DNA from: Eledone cirrhosa
Taxonomy: Eukaryota
Assembly: GCA_964016885.1 (NCBI GenBank)
Contig: OZ024747.1
Coordinates: 21,886,001-21,950,000, forward strand
Direction of reading: 5' to 3'
Length of the DNA stretch: 64,000 nucleotides
Position numbers and translations under genes: made by a program. The notes beneath the pieces were generated by a model. It was not told the origin of the DNA and searched no databases. It saw nothing but the letters and a program-made list of their open reading frames with translations. Shown here one piece after another: positions 40,227 to 53,442 of this stretch; the first letter of the stretch is position 1; the number at the start of each line of letters is the position of its first letter.

Positions 40227-40412
40227 CAAGTAAGACCCCGACGGCTGAGCTCAAGCCGTTTCGACGGCTAATTCTGGACTGAATTAGCCGTCGAAACGGC
40301 TTGAGCGCAGCCGTCGGGGTCTTACTTGTTCCTATTACCCACTCTACTACCCTAAGTATTGAGTACTTTGGTGCGTTATGGTCCACCTGGTTCCTTACCA
40401 CATTTCCTTCGT
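40223..40412 (+). mobile_element. Fold-back element, family F, carrying only the 3' half of a hammerhead (copies at 32456-32530, 33876-33997, 61655-61790, 63831-64000)
   Basis: Palindrome centred on GACGGCTAATT..AATTAGCCGTC followed by GAAAC-GGCT..AGCC-GTC-GGGGTC; tail ACTCTACT...TATTGAGTACT. Confidence 0.75.
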
Positions 40413-40438
40413 TATATATATATATATATATATATATA

Positions 40439-40643
40439 CGTTATTCCGGGTTGAATCGGAGGTAACCACAGTAAGTAAGGTACTCAATACATTGCAGAGT
40501 ATAAAAGTTTTAATATAGATGAGATTCTACAGGACTAGAACTGTTTCATTCTTTAGAAATCATCAGGAATCTCTGAGATTCCTGATGATTTCTAAAGAAT
40601 GAAACAGTTCCAGTCCTGTAGAATCTCATCTATATTAAAACTT
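40439..40643 (-). mobile_element. Fold-back hammerhead element, family G
   Basis: Palindrome 40505-40643 centred at 40574; tail on the left reads TATACTCTG...TATTGAGTACC on the minus strand; (TA)n flanks. Confidence 0.85.
40575..40627 (+). ncRNA. Type I hammerhead (mirror copy on minus strand, 40521-40573)
   Basis: GAGATTC-CTGATGA-TTTCTAAAGAAT-GAAAC-AG..CT-GTA-GAATCTC. Confidence 0.85.
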
Positions 40644-41481
40644 ATATATATATATATATATATATATATTTGAAAAAAAGGAAAAGAATGACTTCACTTG
40701 TAGTTCTAAACAATTTGATTTAATTTTATAAAATTATAATATTATGAGTTGGTAGATCTAATAAGTTCTTTGTTAACTTCGGTGGGAGGATTTTTAAAGA
40801 TATATATATATTTACAGAGTGAAGGCGCGTGGCTGAGTGGTTAGAGAATTGGATTCGCAATCGTGAGGTTGTAAGTTCGATTTGCATGATGTGTGTGATG
40901 TGTGATGTGTGATTTGTGTGATGTGTGTGATGTGTGTCCTTGAGCAAGACACTTTATTTCATGTTGCTTCTTCTACCTGGATTTGCGACCGATATAGATA
41001 TTAATAGCAATTGGAAAGACCAATGGAGATTGTTTCCTCGGTCCGATTTGACGAAAGTCGATCGACTGTTGATATTTACAGAATGTATGTCTTTCCACAT
41101 GTATATAGAAATCAAAGTACCATTTCCATTGCAATCGTCTGCTAATAATGTCAGCATCACAAGCCAATACTAAGCCATTCTTCCGGAAAATAAAACCGAA
41201 AACTGTGGAAACGTTGATGGACATAAGAATTTTATTATTCCAAATATAAATGACTCATGAGGAAACTTGAAGATCACAGTCGACTTTTCAGCACAGACCC
41301 ACCCTTACACAGACAAACACATACACACACACAAACACCCACACACATACACAAACACCTACACACCTACACACACACACACACACACAGAGAGACACAC
41401 ACGCGCGCACACACACACAGACACACACACACACTCGTACATACACGCGCGTATACATTCATAGATGATGGTGTGAGTGTA

Positions 41482-41515
<34 letters not shown>

Positions 41516-41666
41516 CGTTAGTGTATCCATGTGTAAGTGTGTATATGTGTGTGTGTGTGTTAGTGTATCCATGTGTAAGTGTGTATATGTGTGTGTGTGT
41601 GTTAGTGTATGCATGTGTAAGTGTGTATGTGTGTGTGTGTGTGTGTTAGTGTATGCATGTGTAAGT

Positions 41667-41702
<36 letters not shown>

Positions 41703-41974
41703 GTGTGTGTATATGTATGACTGAATGCATCTATGTGTTTATAGAAAATAGGTAAATGATAGTTTGTGTAAGATGTTAAAGATATAGTTGTATATATTTA
41801 AACGATATTATTTCCTGATAAATGGTTATAAGTATTAAAATCACGCTGTCTAGAGATCATAAATAATAGTATTCATCTTTAAAACTACTTCATATATTAA
41901 TAATTAGACTGAACGGCCCGAAACCTGACACATTACACCGGCGCCGGGCACTTAAATATGACTGGATGGTTGGT

Positions 41975-44900
41975 TGGTTGGTTGGTTAGCGGGTTAGGTA
42001 CCTGGCCAGCTGGTTGTTTGGTTGGTTAGCGGGTTAGTTACCTGGCCGGCTGGTTGTTTGGTTGGTTAGCGGGTTAGTTACCTGGCCGGCTGGTTGTTTA
42101 GTTGGTTAGCGGGTTAGTTACCTGGCCGGCTGGTTGTTTGGTTGGTTAGCGGGTTAGTTACCTGGCCGGCTGGTTGTTTGGTTGGTTAGCGGGTTAGTTA
42201 CCTGGCCGGCTGGTTGTTTGGTTGGTTAGCGGGTTAGGTACCTGGCCAGCTGGTTGTTTAGTTGGTTAGCGGGTTAGTTACCTGGCCGGCTGGTTGTTTG
42301 GTTGGTTAGCGGGTTAGTTACCTGGCCGGCTGGTTGTTTGGTTGGTTAGCGGGTTAGTTACCTGGCCGGCTGGTTGTTTAGTTGGTTAGCGGGTTAGTTA
42401 CCTGGCCGGCTGGTTGTTTGGTTGGTTAGCGGGTTAGTTACCTGGCCGGCTGGTTGTTTGGTTGGTTAGCGGGTTAGTTACCTGGCCGGCTGGTTGTTTG
42501 GTTGGTTAGCGGGTTAGGTACCTGGCCAGCTGGTTGTTTAGTTGGTTAGCGGGTTAGTTACCTGGCCGGCTGGTTGTTTAGTTGGTTAGCGGGTTAGTTA
42601 CCTGGCCGGCTGGTTGTTTGGTTGGTTAGCGGGTTAGTTACCTGGCCAGCTGGTTGTTTGGTTGGTTAGCGGGTTAGTTACCTGGCCGGCTGGTTGTTTA
42701 GTTGGTTAGCGGGTTAGTTACCTGGCCGGCTGGTTGTTTGGTTGGTTAGCGGGTTAGGTACCTGGCCAGCTGGTTGTTTAGTTGGTTAGCGGGTTAGTTA
42801 CCTGGCCGGCTGGTTGTTTGGTTGGTTAGCGGGTTAGTTACCTGGCCGGCTGGTTGTTTAGTTGGTTAGCGGGTTAGTTACCTGGCCGGCTGGTTGTTTG
42901 GTTGGTTAGCGGGTTAGGTACCTGGCCAGCTGGTTGTTTAGTTGGTTAGCGGGTTAGTTACCTGGCCGGCTGGTTGTTTAGTTGGTTAGCGGGTTAGTTA
43001 CCTGGCCGGCTGGTTGTTTGGTTGGTTAGCGGGTAGTTACCTGGCCAGCTGGTTGTTTGGTTGGTTAGCGGGTTAGTTACCTGGCCGGCTGGTTGTTTAG
43101 TTGGTTAGCGGGTTAGTTACCTGGCCGGCTGGTTGTTTGGTTGGTTAGCGGGTTAGGTACCTGGCCAGCTGGTTGTTTGGTTGGTTAGCGGGTTAGTTAC
43201 CTGGCCGGCTGGTTGTTTAGTTGGTTAGCGGGTTAGGTACCTGGCCAGCTGGTTGTTTGGTTGGTTAGCGGGTTAGTTACCTGGCCGGCTGGTTGTTTAG
43301 TTGGTTAGCGGGTTAGGTACCTGGCCAGCTGGTTGTTTGGTTGGTTAGTGGGTTAGTTACCTGGCCGGCTCGTTGTTTGGTTGGTTCGCGGGTTAGTTAC
43401 CTGGCCGGCTGGTTGTTTGGTTGGTTAGCGGGTTAGGTACCTGGCCGGCTGGTTGTTTAGTTGGTTAGCGGGTTAGGTACCTGGCCAGCTGGTTGTTTGG
43501 TTGGTTAGCGGGTTAGTTACCTGGCCGGCTCGTTGTTTGGTTGGTTAGCGGGTTAGTTACCTGGCCGGCTCGTTGTTTGGTTGGTTAGCGGGTTAGGTAC
43601 CTGGCCGGCTGGTTGTTTAGTTGGTTAGCGGGTTAGTTACCTGGCCGGCTGGTTGTTTGGTTGGTTAGGGGTTAGTTACCTGGCCGGCTGGTTGTTTGGT
43701 TGGTTAGCGGGTTAGTTACCTGGCCGGCTGGTTGTTTGGTTGGTTAGCGGGTTAGTTACCTGGCCGGCTGGTTGTTTGGTTGGTTAGCGGGTTAGTTACC
43801 TGGCCGGCTGGTTGTTTGGTTGGTTAGCGGGTTAGTTACCTGGCCGGCTGGTTGTTTGGTTGGTTAGCGGGTTAGTTACCTGGCCGGCTGGTTGTTTGGT
43901 TGGTTAGCGGGTTAGTTACCTGGCCGGCTGGTTGTTTGGTTGGTTAGCGGTTAGTTACCTGGCCGGCTCGTTGTTTGGTTGGTTAGCGGGTTAGTTACCT
44001 GGCCGGCTGGTTGTTTGGTTGGTTAGCGGGTTAGTTACCTGGTCGGCTGGTTGTTTGGTTGGTTAGCGGGTTAGTTACCTGGCCGGCTGGTTGTTTGGTT
44101 GGTTAGCGGGTTAGTTACCTGGCCGGCTGGTTGTTTGGTTGGTTAGCGGGTTAGTTACCTGGCCGGCTCTTTGTTTGGTTGGTTAGCGGGTTAGGTACCT
44201 GGCCGGCTGGTTGTTTGGTTGGTTAGCGGGTTAGTTACCTGGCCGGCTCGTTGTTTGGTTGGTTAGCGGGTTAGTTACCTGGCCGGCTGGTTGTTTGGTT
44301 GGTTAGCGGGTTAGGTACCTGGCCGGCTGGTTGTTTAGTTGGTTAGCGGGTTAGGTACCTGGCCAGCTGGTTGTTTAGTTGGTTAGCGGGTTAGGTACCT
44401 GGCCAGCTGGTTGTTTGGTTGGTTAGCGGGTTAGTTACCTGGCCGGCTCGTTGTTTGGTTGGTTAGCGGGTTAGTTACCTGGCCGGCTGGTTGTTTGGTT
44501 GGTTAGCGGGTTAGGTACCTGGCCGGCTGGTTGTTTAGTTGGTTAGCGGGTTAGGTACCTGGCCAGCTGGTTGTTTGGTTGGTTAGCGGGTTAGTTACCT
44601 GGCCGGCTCGTTGTTTGGTTGGTTAGCGGGTTAGTTACCTGGCCGGCTGGTTGTTTGGTTGGTTAGCGGGTTAGGTACCTGGCCGGCTGGTTGTTTAGTT
44701 GGTTAGCGGGTTAGGTACCTGGCCAGCTGGTTGTTTGGTTGGTTAGCGGGTTAGTTACCTGGCCGGCTGGTTGTTTGGTTGGTTAGCGGTTAGTTACCTG
44801 GCCGGCTGGTTGTTTGGTTAGTTAACGGGTTAGTTACCTGGCCGGCTGGTTGTTTGGTTGGTTCGCGGGTTAGTTACCTGGCCGGCTGGTTGTTTGGTTA

Positions 44901-47820
44901 GTTAACGGGTTAGATACCTGGCCGGCTGGTTGTTTGGTTAGTTAACGGGTTAGTTACCTGGCCGGCTGGTTGTTTGGTTGGTTCGCGGGTTAGTTACCTG
45001 GCCGGCTGGTTGTTTGGTTAGTTAACGGGTTAGTTACCTGGCCGGCTGGTTGTTTGGTTAGTTAACGGGTTAGTTACCTGGCCGGCTGGTTGTTTGGTTG
45101 GTTCGCGGGTTAGTTACCTGGCCGGCTGGTTGTTTGGTTGGTTAGCGGTTAGTTACCTGGCCGGCTGGTTGTTTGGTTAGTTAACGGGTTAGTTACCTGG
45201 CCGGCTGGTTGTTTGGTTGGTTAGCGGTTAGTTACCTGGCCGGCTGGTTGTTTGGTTGGTTCGCGGGTTAGTTACCTGATCGGCTGGTTGTTTGGTTGGT
45301 TCGCGGGTTAGTTACCTGGCCGGCTGGTTGTTTGGTTAGTTAACGGGTTAGTTGCCTGGCCGGTTGGTTGTTTGGTTAGTTAACGGGTTAGTTACCTGGC
45401 CGGCTGGTTGTTTGGTTGGTTCGCGGGTTAGTTACCTGGCCGGCTGGTTGTTTGGTTGGTTAGCGGTTAGTTACCTGGCCGGCTGGTTGTTTGGTTAGTT
45501 AACGGGTTAGTTACCTGGCCGTTTGGTTGTTTGGTTAGTTAACGGGTTAGTTACCTGGCCGGATGGTTGTTTGGTTGGTTCGCGGGTTAGTTACCTGGCC
45601 GGATGGTTGTTTGGTTGGTTCGCGGGTTAGTTACCTGATCGGCTGGTTGTTTGGTTGGTTCGCGGGTTAGTTACCTGGCCGGCTGGTTGTTTGGTTGGTT
45701 CGCGGGTTAGTTACCTGGCCGGCTGGTTGTTTGGTTGGTTCGCGGGTTAGTTACCTGGCCGGCTGGTTGTTTGGTTGGTTCGCGGGTTAGTTACCTGATC
45801 GGCTGGTTGTTTGGTTGGTTAGCGGGTTAGGTACCTGGCCAGCTGGTTGTTTGGTTGGTTAGCTGGTTAGTTACCTGGCCGGCTGGTTGTTTGGTTGGTT
45901 CGCGGGTTAGTTACCTGATCGGCTGGTTGTTTGGTTGGTTCGCGGGTTAGTTACCTGATCGGCTGGTTGTTTGGTTGGTTCGCGGGTTAGTTACCTGATC
46001 GGCTGGTTGTTTGGTTGGTTCGCGGGTTAGTTACCTGGCCGGCTGGTTGTTTGGTTGGTTCGCGGGTTAGTTACCTGGCCGGCTGGTTGTTTGGTTGGTT
46101 CGCGGGTTAGTTACCTGGCCGGCTGGTTGTTTGGTTGGTTCGCGGGTTAGTTACCTGATCGGCTGGTTGTTTGGTTGGTTCGCGGGTTAGTTACCTGATC
46201 GGCTGGTTATTTGGTTGGTTCGCGGGTTAGTTACCTGATCGGCTGGTTGTTTGGTTGGTTCGCGGGTTAGTTACCTGGCCGGCTGGTTATTTGGTTGGTT
46301 CGCGGGTTAGTTACCTGATCGGCTGGTTGTTTGGTTGGTTCGCGGGTTAGTTACCTGATCGGCTGGTTATTTGGTTGGTTCGCGGGTTAGTTACCTGATC
46401 GGCTGGTTGTTTGGTTGGTTCGCGGGTTAGTTACCTGGCCGGCTGGTTATTTGGTTGGTTCGCGGGTTAGTTACCTGGCCGGCTGGTTGTTTGGTTGGTT
46501 CGCGGGTTAGTTACCTGGCCGGCTGGTTGTTTGGTTGGTTCGCGGGTTAGTTACCTGGCCGGCTGGTTGTTTGGTTGGTTCGCGGGTTAGTTACCTGGCC
46601 GGCTGGTTGTTTGGTTGGTTCGCGGGTTAGTTACCTGGCCGGCTGGTTGTTTGGTTGGTTCGCGGGTTAGTTACCTGGCCGGCTGGTTGTTTGGTTGGTT
46701 CGCGGGTTAGTTACCTGGCCGGCTGGTTGTTTGGTTGGTTCGCGGGTTAGTTACCTGGCCGGCTGGTTGTTTGGTTGGTTCGCGGGTTAGTTACCTGGCC
46801 GGCTGGTTGTTTGGTTGGTTCGCGGGTTAGTTACCTGGCCGGCTGGTTGTTTGGTTGGTTCGCGGGTTAGTTACCTGGCCGGCTGGTTGTTTGGTTGGTT
46901 CGCGGGTTAGTTACCTGGCCGGCTGGTTGTTTGGTTGGTTCGCGGGTTAGTTACCTGATCGGCTGGTTGTTTGGTTGGTTCGCGGGTTAGTTACCTGGCC
47001 GGCTGGTTGTTTGGTTGGTTCGCGGGTTAGTTACCTGGCCGGCTGGTTGTTTGGTTGGTTCGCGGGTTAGTTACCTGGCCGGCTGGTTGTTTGGTTGGTT
47101 CGCGGGTTAGTTACCTGGCCGGCTGGTTGTTTGGTTGGTTCGCGGGTTAGTTACCTGGCCGGCTGGTTGTTTGGTTGGTTCGCGGGTTAGTTACCTGGCC
47201 GGCTGGTTGTTTGGTTGGTTCGCGGGTTAGTTACCTGATCGGCTGGTTGTTTGGTTGGTTCGCGGGTTAGTTACCTGATCGGCTGGTTATTTGGTTGGTT
47301 CGCGGGTTAGTTACCTGATCGGCTGGTTGTTTGGTTGGTTCGCGGGTTAGTTACCTGGCCGGCTGGTTATTTGGTTGGTTCGCGGGTTAGTTACCTGGCC
47401 GGCTGGTTGTTTGGTTGGTTCGCGGGTTAGTTACCTGGCCGGCTGGTTGTTTGGTTGGTTCGCGGGTTAGTTACCTGGCCGGCTGGTTGTTTGGTTGGTT
47501 CGCGGGTTAGTTACCTGGCCGGCTGGTTGTTTGGTTGGTTCGCGGGTTAGTTACCTGGCCGGCTGGTTGTTTGGTTGGTTCGCGGGTTAGTTACCTGGCC
47601 GGCTGGTTGTTTGGTTGGTTCGCGGGTTAGTTACCTGATCGGCTGGTTGTTTGGTTGGTTAGCGGGTTAGGTACCTGGCCAGCTGGTTGTTTGGTTGGTT
47701 AGCTGGTTAGTTACCTGGCCGGCTGGTTGTTTGGTTAGTTAACGGGTTAGTTACCTGGCCGGCTGGTTGTTTGGTTAGTTAACGGGTTAGTTACCTGGCC
47801 GGCTGGTTGTTTGGTTGGTG
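41975..47820. repeat. 40-bp satellite array, about 146 copies
   Basis: Unit GTTGGTTAGCGGGTTAGTTACCTGGCCGGCTGGTTGTTTG with regional variants. Confidence 0.97.
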
Positions 47821-47971
47821 GGTTGGCTGGCTGCTCGGCTTGCTGGCTGGCTGTGGTCGGTTGGCTGATTGGCTGATAGGTTCGCTGTTTGGTGGGTTGT
47901 TTAGTTGGCATGTTGGCTGGTTCATTGGTTAGCTCGTTGGCTATAACTGAAATGATATATATATATATATA

Positions 47972-48128
47972 TAATTGTTTCTACTTTAGGCACAAGGCCA
48001 GCAATAACCAGTACATTACTGGTACTTTAGTTTATCGACCCCGTAAGGATGAAAGGCAAAGTTAACCTCGGAGGGATTTGAACTCAGACTGTAAAGGGAC
48101 GTAACTATGCTAGAAAGCATGGCATCCA
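47972..48128 (-). mobile_element. Meta-domain tRNA SINE, 5'-truncated
   Basis: Same family as the copy at 49341. Confidence 0.8.
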
Positions 48129-48259
48129 ATATATATATAATAAAAGTATGTGTTCCTACATGTAATTATTATACACAGGGATACAAGTATAGTCCAACCA
48201 TATGCCAGTGTTTAAACAATTTATTTAAAATTTTTTTTTTATATTTACATTCCCTTGAT

Positions 48260-48354
<95 letters not shown>

Positions 48355-48387
48355 AATAAAGGGAATGTAAATATAGAAATTTTTTTA

Positions 48388-48495
<108 letters not shown>

Positions 48496-48496
48496 A

Positions 48497-49267
48497 TTTA
48501 AGTTAGTTTGATTAGCAAATTTCACTCCAACTAATTAGTTGGCAAATTTCCTGTGTCCACGCATTGTCCTGTGTCCATGCATTGCCTGGGAACTTAGCTG
48601 ACAATAGATTTCCCTGATGACGAAAGGATTTCTCTGTGCGTTTCTTCGGAAACCATATTTATTCCCTTTCAGAAACTAATTAGTTGTAGTGAAATTTTAG
48701 TAAGTTAATTTTCATAATTCTCTTATTTACGTCTTTCATATAATTGTTCTGCATCCCCTTGCATTGAACTACAAAGTTACTAAGACAAAACCTATATATT
48801 TGCTAGCATAGGTATGCATCTGTATACATATGTTGGTAGATATACTAATTCTTTATAATTATCTCCAAATTATTTGTTGAGTAAAAATTTGCCGAAATTA
48901 CTACTATGGTTCATGGTAGTGGTCAGGCCCCTGTCTTATTAGCATCCCACTCCTCACTGATTAACCTCAGTGTCACGTGATTGATTCTTTTGAATTTGCC
49001 ACTGACCAAGTAGGCAGTGAATTTTTTCAATGTCCTGGAATTTAGTCCCCGCTCGCTTTTTTCCATCCACTGAATTATTTTTATATGAGTTCCCTGTGTC
49101 CACGCATTGCCTAGGAACTTAGCTGAGAATAGACTCCCAGATGACGTAAGGATTCTCTATGATTACGTTACGTAACCATACTTATTCCCTTACAGAAACT
49201 AATTAGCTGGAGTGAAATTTTAGTAAGTAAGTTAATTTTCATAATTCTCTTATTTTACGTCTTTCAT
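48497..49267 (+). mobile_element. Family A element in partial-tandem form (period about 524 nt, one hammerhead motif per unit)
   Basis: About 48550-48740 repeats at 49090-49267; cores CTGATGA at 48614 and CAGATGA at 49138; 48885-49090 is the reverse complement of the 17665-17870 spacer. Confidence 0.8.
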
Positions 49268-49288
49268 ATATATATATATATATATATA

Positions 49289-50068
49289 TATCACGATAAA
49301 TTAACGGAGGCATAGGCCGTCGTTATTCCCTGTAAATAATTGTTTCTACTTTTGGCACAAGGCCAGCAATTACCCAGTACATTACTGGTACTTTATTTTA
49401 TCGACCCCGTAAGGATGAAAGGCAAAGTCAACCTCGGCAGGATTTGAACTCAGATCGTAAAGGGACGTAACTATGCTGGAAAGCATGGCGTCCGACCCTC
49501 CACCGATACTGCCAATCCACTTACAATTCCCTGTAAATAATGTGCTCAAAGGGGAAGAGATCCTGAGCCCTTTAAAATATAATATGTTGAGAAGGTAACA
49601 CACCAGAGAGAGATATATAGTGCGTTATCAATAATACAGGGAAAAAACCACCAGTGTATGGAATCTATAACCTATGAAAGGCAGACTATAGACACGATAA
49701 TTAAAAATATAAATTAAAGCGTAAATAAATACCTTTATAACTATATAACACATGTACAAATCCAAAGATATGTTTCACCAAAAAATTTGTTGAAAGAAAT
49801 GGTCTAGTCTCGGTTCATCAGCGTGTGTAAGGCCATACATTTCAGACAACACTAAGAGAATTTTACAATTGACTGTCCAGCTACACGTGGGAGAGAGAAG
49901 TCACAGCGTGCTTAAGGGCAGTGAACCAGTGGCCTCTGAGAGACGAACTGCTAGAAAGGGCAGCCCAAAGCCACTCAGAGAAGTGTGCTCAACCAAACAG
50001 AGATAGGAAAGACTGTTATTAGGAGCGAAATATCACGATAAATTAACGGAGGCATAGGCCGTCGTTAT
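49289..50068 (-). mobile_element. Partial-tandem element with degenerate hammerhead, family H, interrupted by a SINE
   Basis: 38-bp direct repeat TATCACGATAAATTAACGGAGGCATAGGCCGTCGTTAT at both ends; minus strand CTGATGA-ACC...GGT-GAAAC-ATAT at about 49768-49821. Confidence 0.6.
49341..49525 (-). mobile_element. Full-length Meta-domain SINE with 16-bp TSD
   Basis: ATTCCCTGTAAATAAT at 49325-49340 and 49526-49541. Confidence 0.88.
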
Positions 50069-50144
50069 ATATATATATATATATATACCTAATATATCCC
50101 CTCCATATACTGTACCGATTGTGTTTTTATTTCTGTTTACCTTT

Positions 50145-50196
<52 letters not shown>

Positions 50197-50317
50197 GTTG
50201 CACCCGGAAAAAATGGTACAAAAGACAAACGAACAAAAGCATCTATTTTCCTAGTTTATTGATCCAGTCTATTCGCCGTCCCCAAAATTCTAGGTGCACA
50301 CACACGCGCGCACACAG

Positions 50318-50492
<175 letters not shown>

Positions 50493-51147
50493 GAGAACCG
50501 ACGCGGTCACTGTGTGAATGCATTTAATCATATGTCTACTTTATCAGATCTTACCCACGACTAAACAACAACAACAATAGCATTAACAATGCTTGTCTTT
50601 CAAAGCTATATTTATTCCTTATTGTTGTAGAAGCAGAAAGTCACTAAGATCAACTGTATGCATAAACTTAAGACTGTACATTCTGTTATTTATCTTTTTA
50701 TCTCTTATCTTTATTATCCGTTTCACAGCTTTAATAACGAACATTAAGTACAGATGGGACTACAAACGACATACACAAGTGATTATTTGCTAACACTGTA
50801 TATTCACTTTTGCTTCTCTTTCGTATAAAATTATTTGTGTAACTCTAAATTAATTGAAAACCCGTAAATCAACTAGTTTTCAATTGAACCAAGATTAAGT
50901 TTCAAACACACATTTTCACTCAATGCTACCTGAAGAAAGATATCTATTATCTTCTATACCACCCAACGAGGGAGCCTCTACGTTGTTGCTGGAACTACTA
51001 GATATAGCAGACAATTGTCCCTCAAATCATTTTTTTAAAAGATACATTGGCTAATGTACTTTTAGATATATAACTGAAAAATCAAAACCAAAACAAACAA
51101 ACAAAAAAATAAGGGATGATTGTCATACAGAGAGAGCGAGAGAGAGA

Positions 51148-51211
<64 letters not shown>

Positions 51212-51851
51212 GAGGGGAGAGACAGAGAGATGAAGTGAAAGCAAGAATGAGAAAGAGAAGAAGCGAGAAAGAGATATAGAGGAAGAATTGACCTCGTCAC
51301 TGAAAATAGTACATTTTTTTATCGACCTCGAAAAGCAAAGTTTGAGCTGAACGGGATTTGAACTCAGAACATAGAGAGCCGGAACGAATACCACAAAACA
51401 TTCTATCCGATATTCTAACGACTTTGCCAATCCTCCATTCCAAACGGAATACGATCCTAAAAATCAGTGATCGAGATATAGAAAGAAAAGAATTGATATA
51501 AGAGACAGTCAATGTCAGACGAGAAGCAGAGAAGCATGTGGTGTATCGAAACGATTTAGCTGTTGGGTTACATATTTAGAAGAAGAGATATTTGTAATAG
51601 TATAAAGGAGCGAAGAAGACCACACTACGACATTGGTTAAAATTACAGGAGAGCTGAGTGTGTATTAGCTGTCAAGATACAGTCTAATATATTTTATGAG
51701 AAAGATTGTTAAATATCTGTTTTCACATTTAGCACCAAAGGAAATCTGATCAGAGGCCTTTTTGTTATTTATTTACGGTTAGTAAGACTCGAAAATCATT
51801 ATCTACGATTTAAACTTGCAAAACATGTCATCAGACAGCAAGAGTAACACT

Positions 51852-51901
<50 letters not shown>

Positions 51902-52099
51902 ATACTGTGTAATTTTAGTATGAATTCAAAACACGCTCATTATATAATACATGTGTACGTCTATAGGTGTGACTTCACATAGCACAAATATATATTTGCA
52001 CATTTTAGGATATAGTTCATTATTTATGCATGTTTTGTTTAAATATACGTCTTTAAGAATATGTAAACCAATTTCATGTTGTGTCTCTTATACGTACAA

Positions 52100-53115
52100 T
52101 TCTATGCTAAACATCTCTGGCAACACATGTACTTCGCCCCTAACCAACCAGAAACAGCTATGTGGGTGGCTGAAACAAACTTAGGCACGCTCCTTCTATA
52201 TCACTCACAGCACAAACTCCCAACCCGAAGTCCTCCAAGATTTAAATAGATGCACTTTAATAGTTCTGTCTAAAGACAAAGCATACAATGCTTGGTGAAA
52301 ATCCACCTCTTCTCTATAGACTTTTACACAGCACCGCAACTCCTGCAAGACCAAATTCCAAACCACGAAAGAATCCTGCATACATCTCAGTCTGCATACC
52401 TTCCCTGCTTTCCAGAACCTTTTGGCTAAAGGGATATCTGCTAAATTTGATGAATTCCTCTTTTCTTTAGTTCTCATCTATGATTGTTCTGTAAAAAGTA
52501 ATCTCACGGAATAAAACATCACTTTTGTTGCTCGATTTACACAGAACTCCATACTGTACACACTCCAGGTAAATCTCCTCTAAGATATCAACTTCCATTA
52601 AGTTCATTACCAGGTATTCATACATGATAAGTGAGAAAGAGGCTTCAATGGCTTCAAAACGACATGGCCACTAGTTCTAACAATATCCCTTGTATTACTC
52701 TTAAAGAATGCGTCAAAAAGGAAGCTCCTATCCAAACCAAACTCTTCAATATCTCCCCTCTATAAAAATACATTCTGATCTTTGGAAACGTGCTGCATTG
52801 TGTTCTGTTTTCAAGAAGGGTAAACCGCCTGACCCTGTCAACTATCGTCTTATCATACCCACTTCGCCCTACCGTAATCACTTCCAACATCCCAAGGGTG
52901 ATGAAGAAAGACATTAATTACAATCTCCACTACTTTGACTTCTCCTCCATCTTTAAGGAACGCTAGTATGGCATTCGTAAAACCATATCTAATGGAAACT
53001 TTCCTATGCCATTCACCAGTCGGCTCTCGGCCTAGAGAAATTTGGTGGAAATAATATTGCTGTTCTTGGCACTAGCAAATATTATGCACGTATCTGGCAC
53101 GCAAATCTCCACGAG
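52100..53115 (+). pseudogene. Highly degraded non-LTR (Jockey/CR1-like) RT fragment
   Basis: WKRAALCSVFKKGKPPDPVNYRLI, R*YGIRK and RIWHANL remnants with many frameshifts. Confidence 0.7.
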
Positions 53116-53353
53116 TAACCTGATATAAAGGTGTGTAATATTGTTATTATGTAACTATAAGATGAAGTGACTAAGCTAAAACTAAAACCTCGAAGTCACT
53201 GTCACCTTTCTATGATACTTAGAAACTAAATGTCTACGCCCTAACTACAAGTATTTAGTGCTCATTCAGTTAATGCTTGAATGCATTAGATACTATGGCA
53301 TTTTAAACACATATATAACATAACTATATATATATAAATATATATAACTATAT

Positions 53354-53442
<89 letters not shown>

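Noticed and set aside
41975-47820. Possible CRISPR array or telomere
   Set aside because: No unique spacers; not a pure (TTAGGG)n tract, and it is internal
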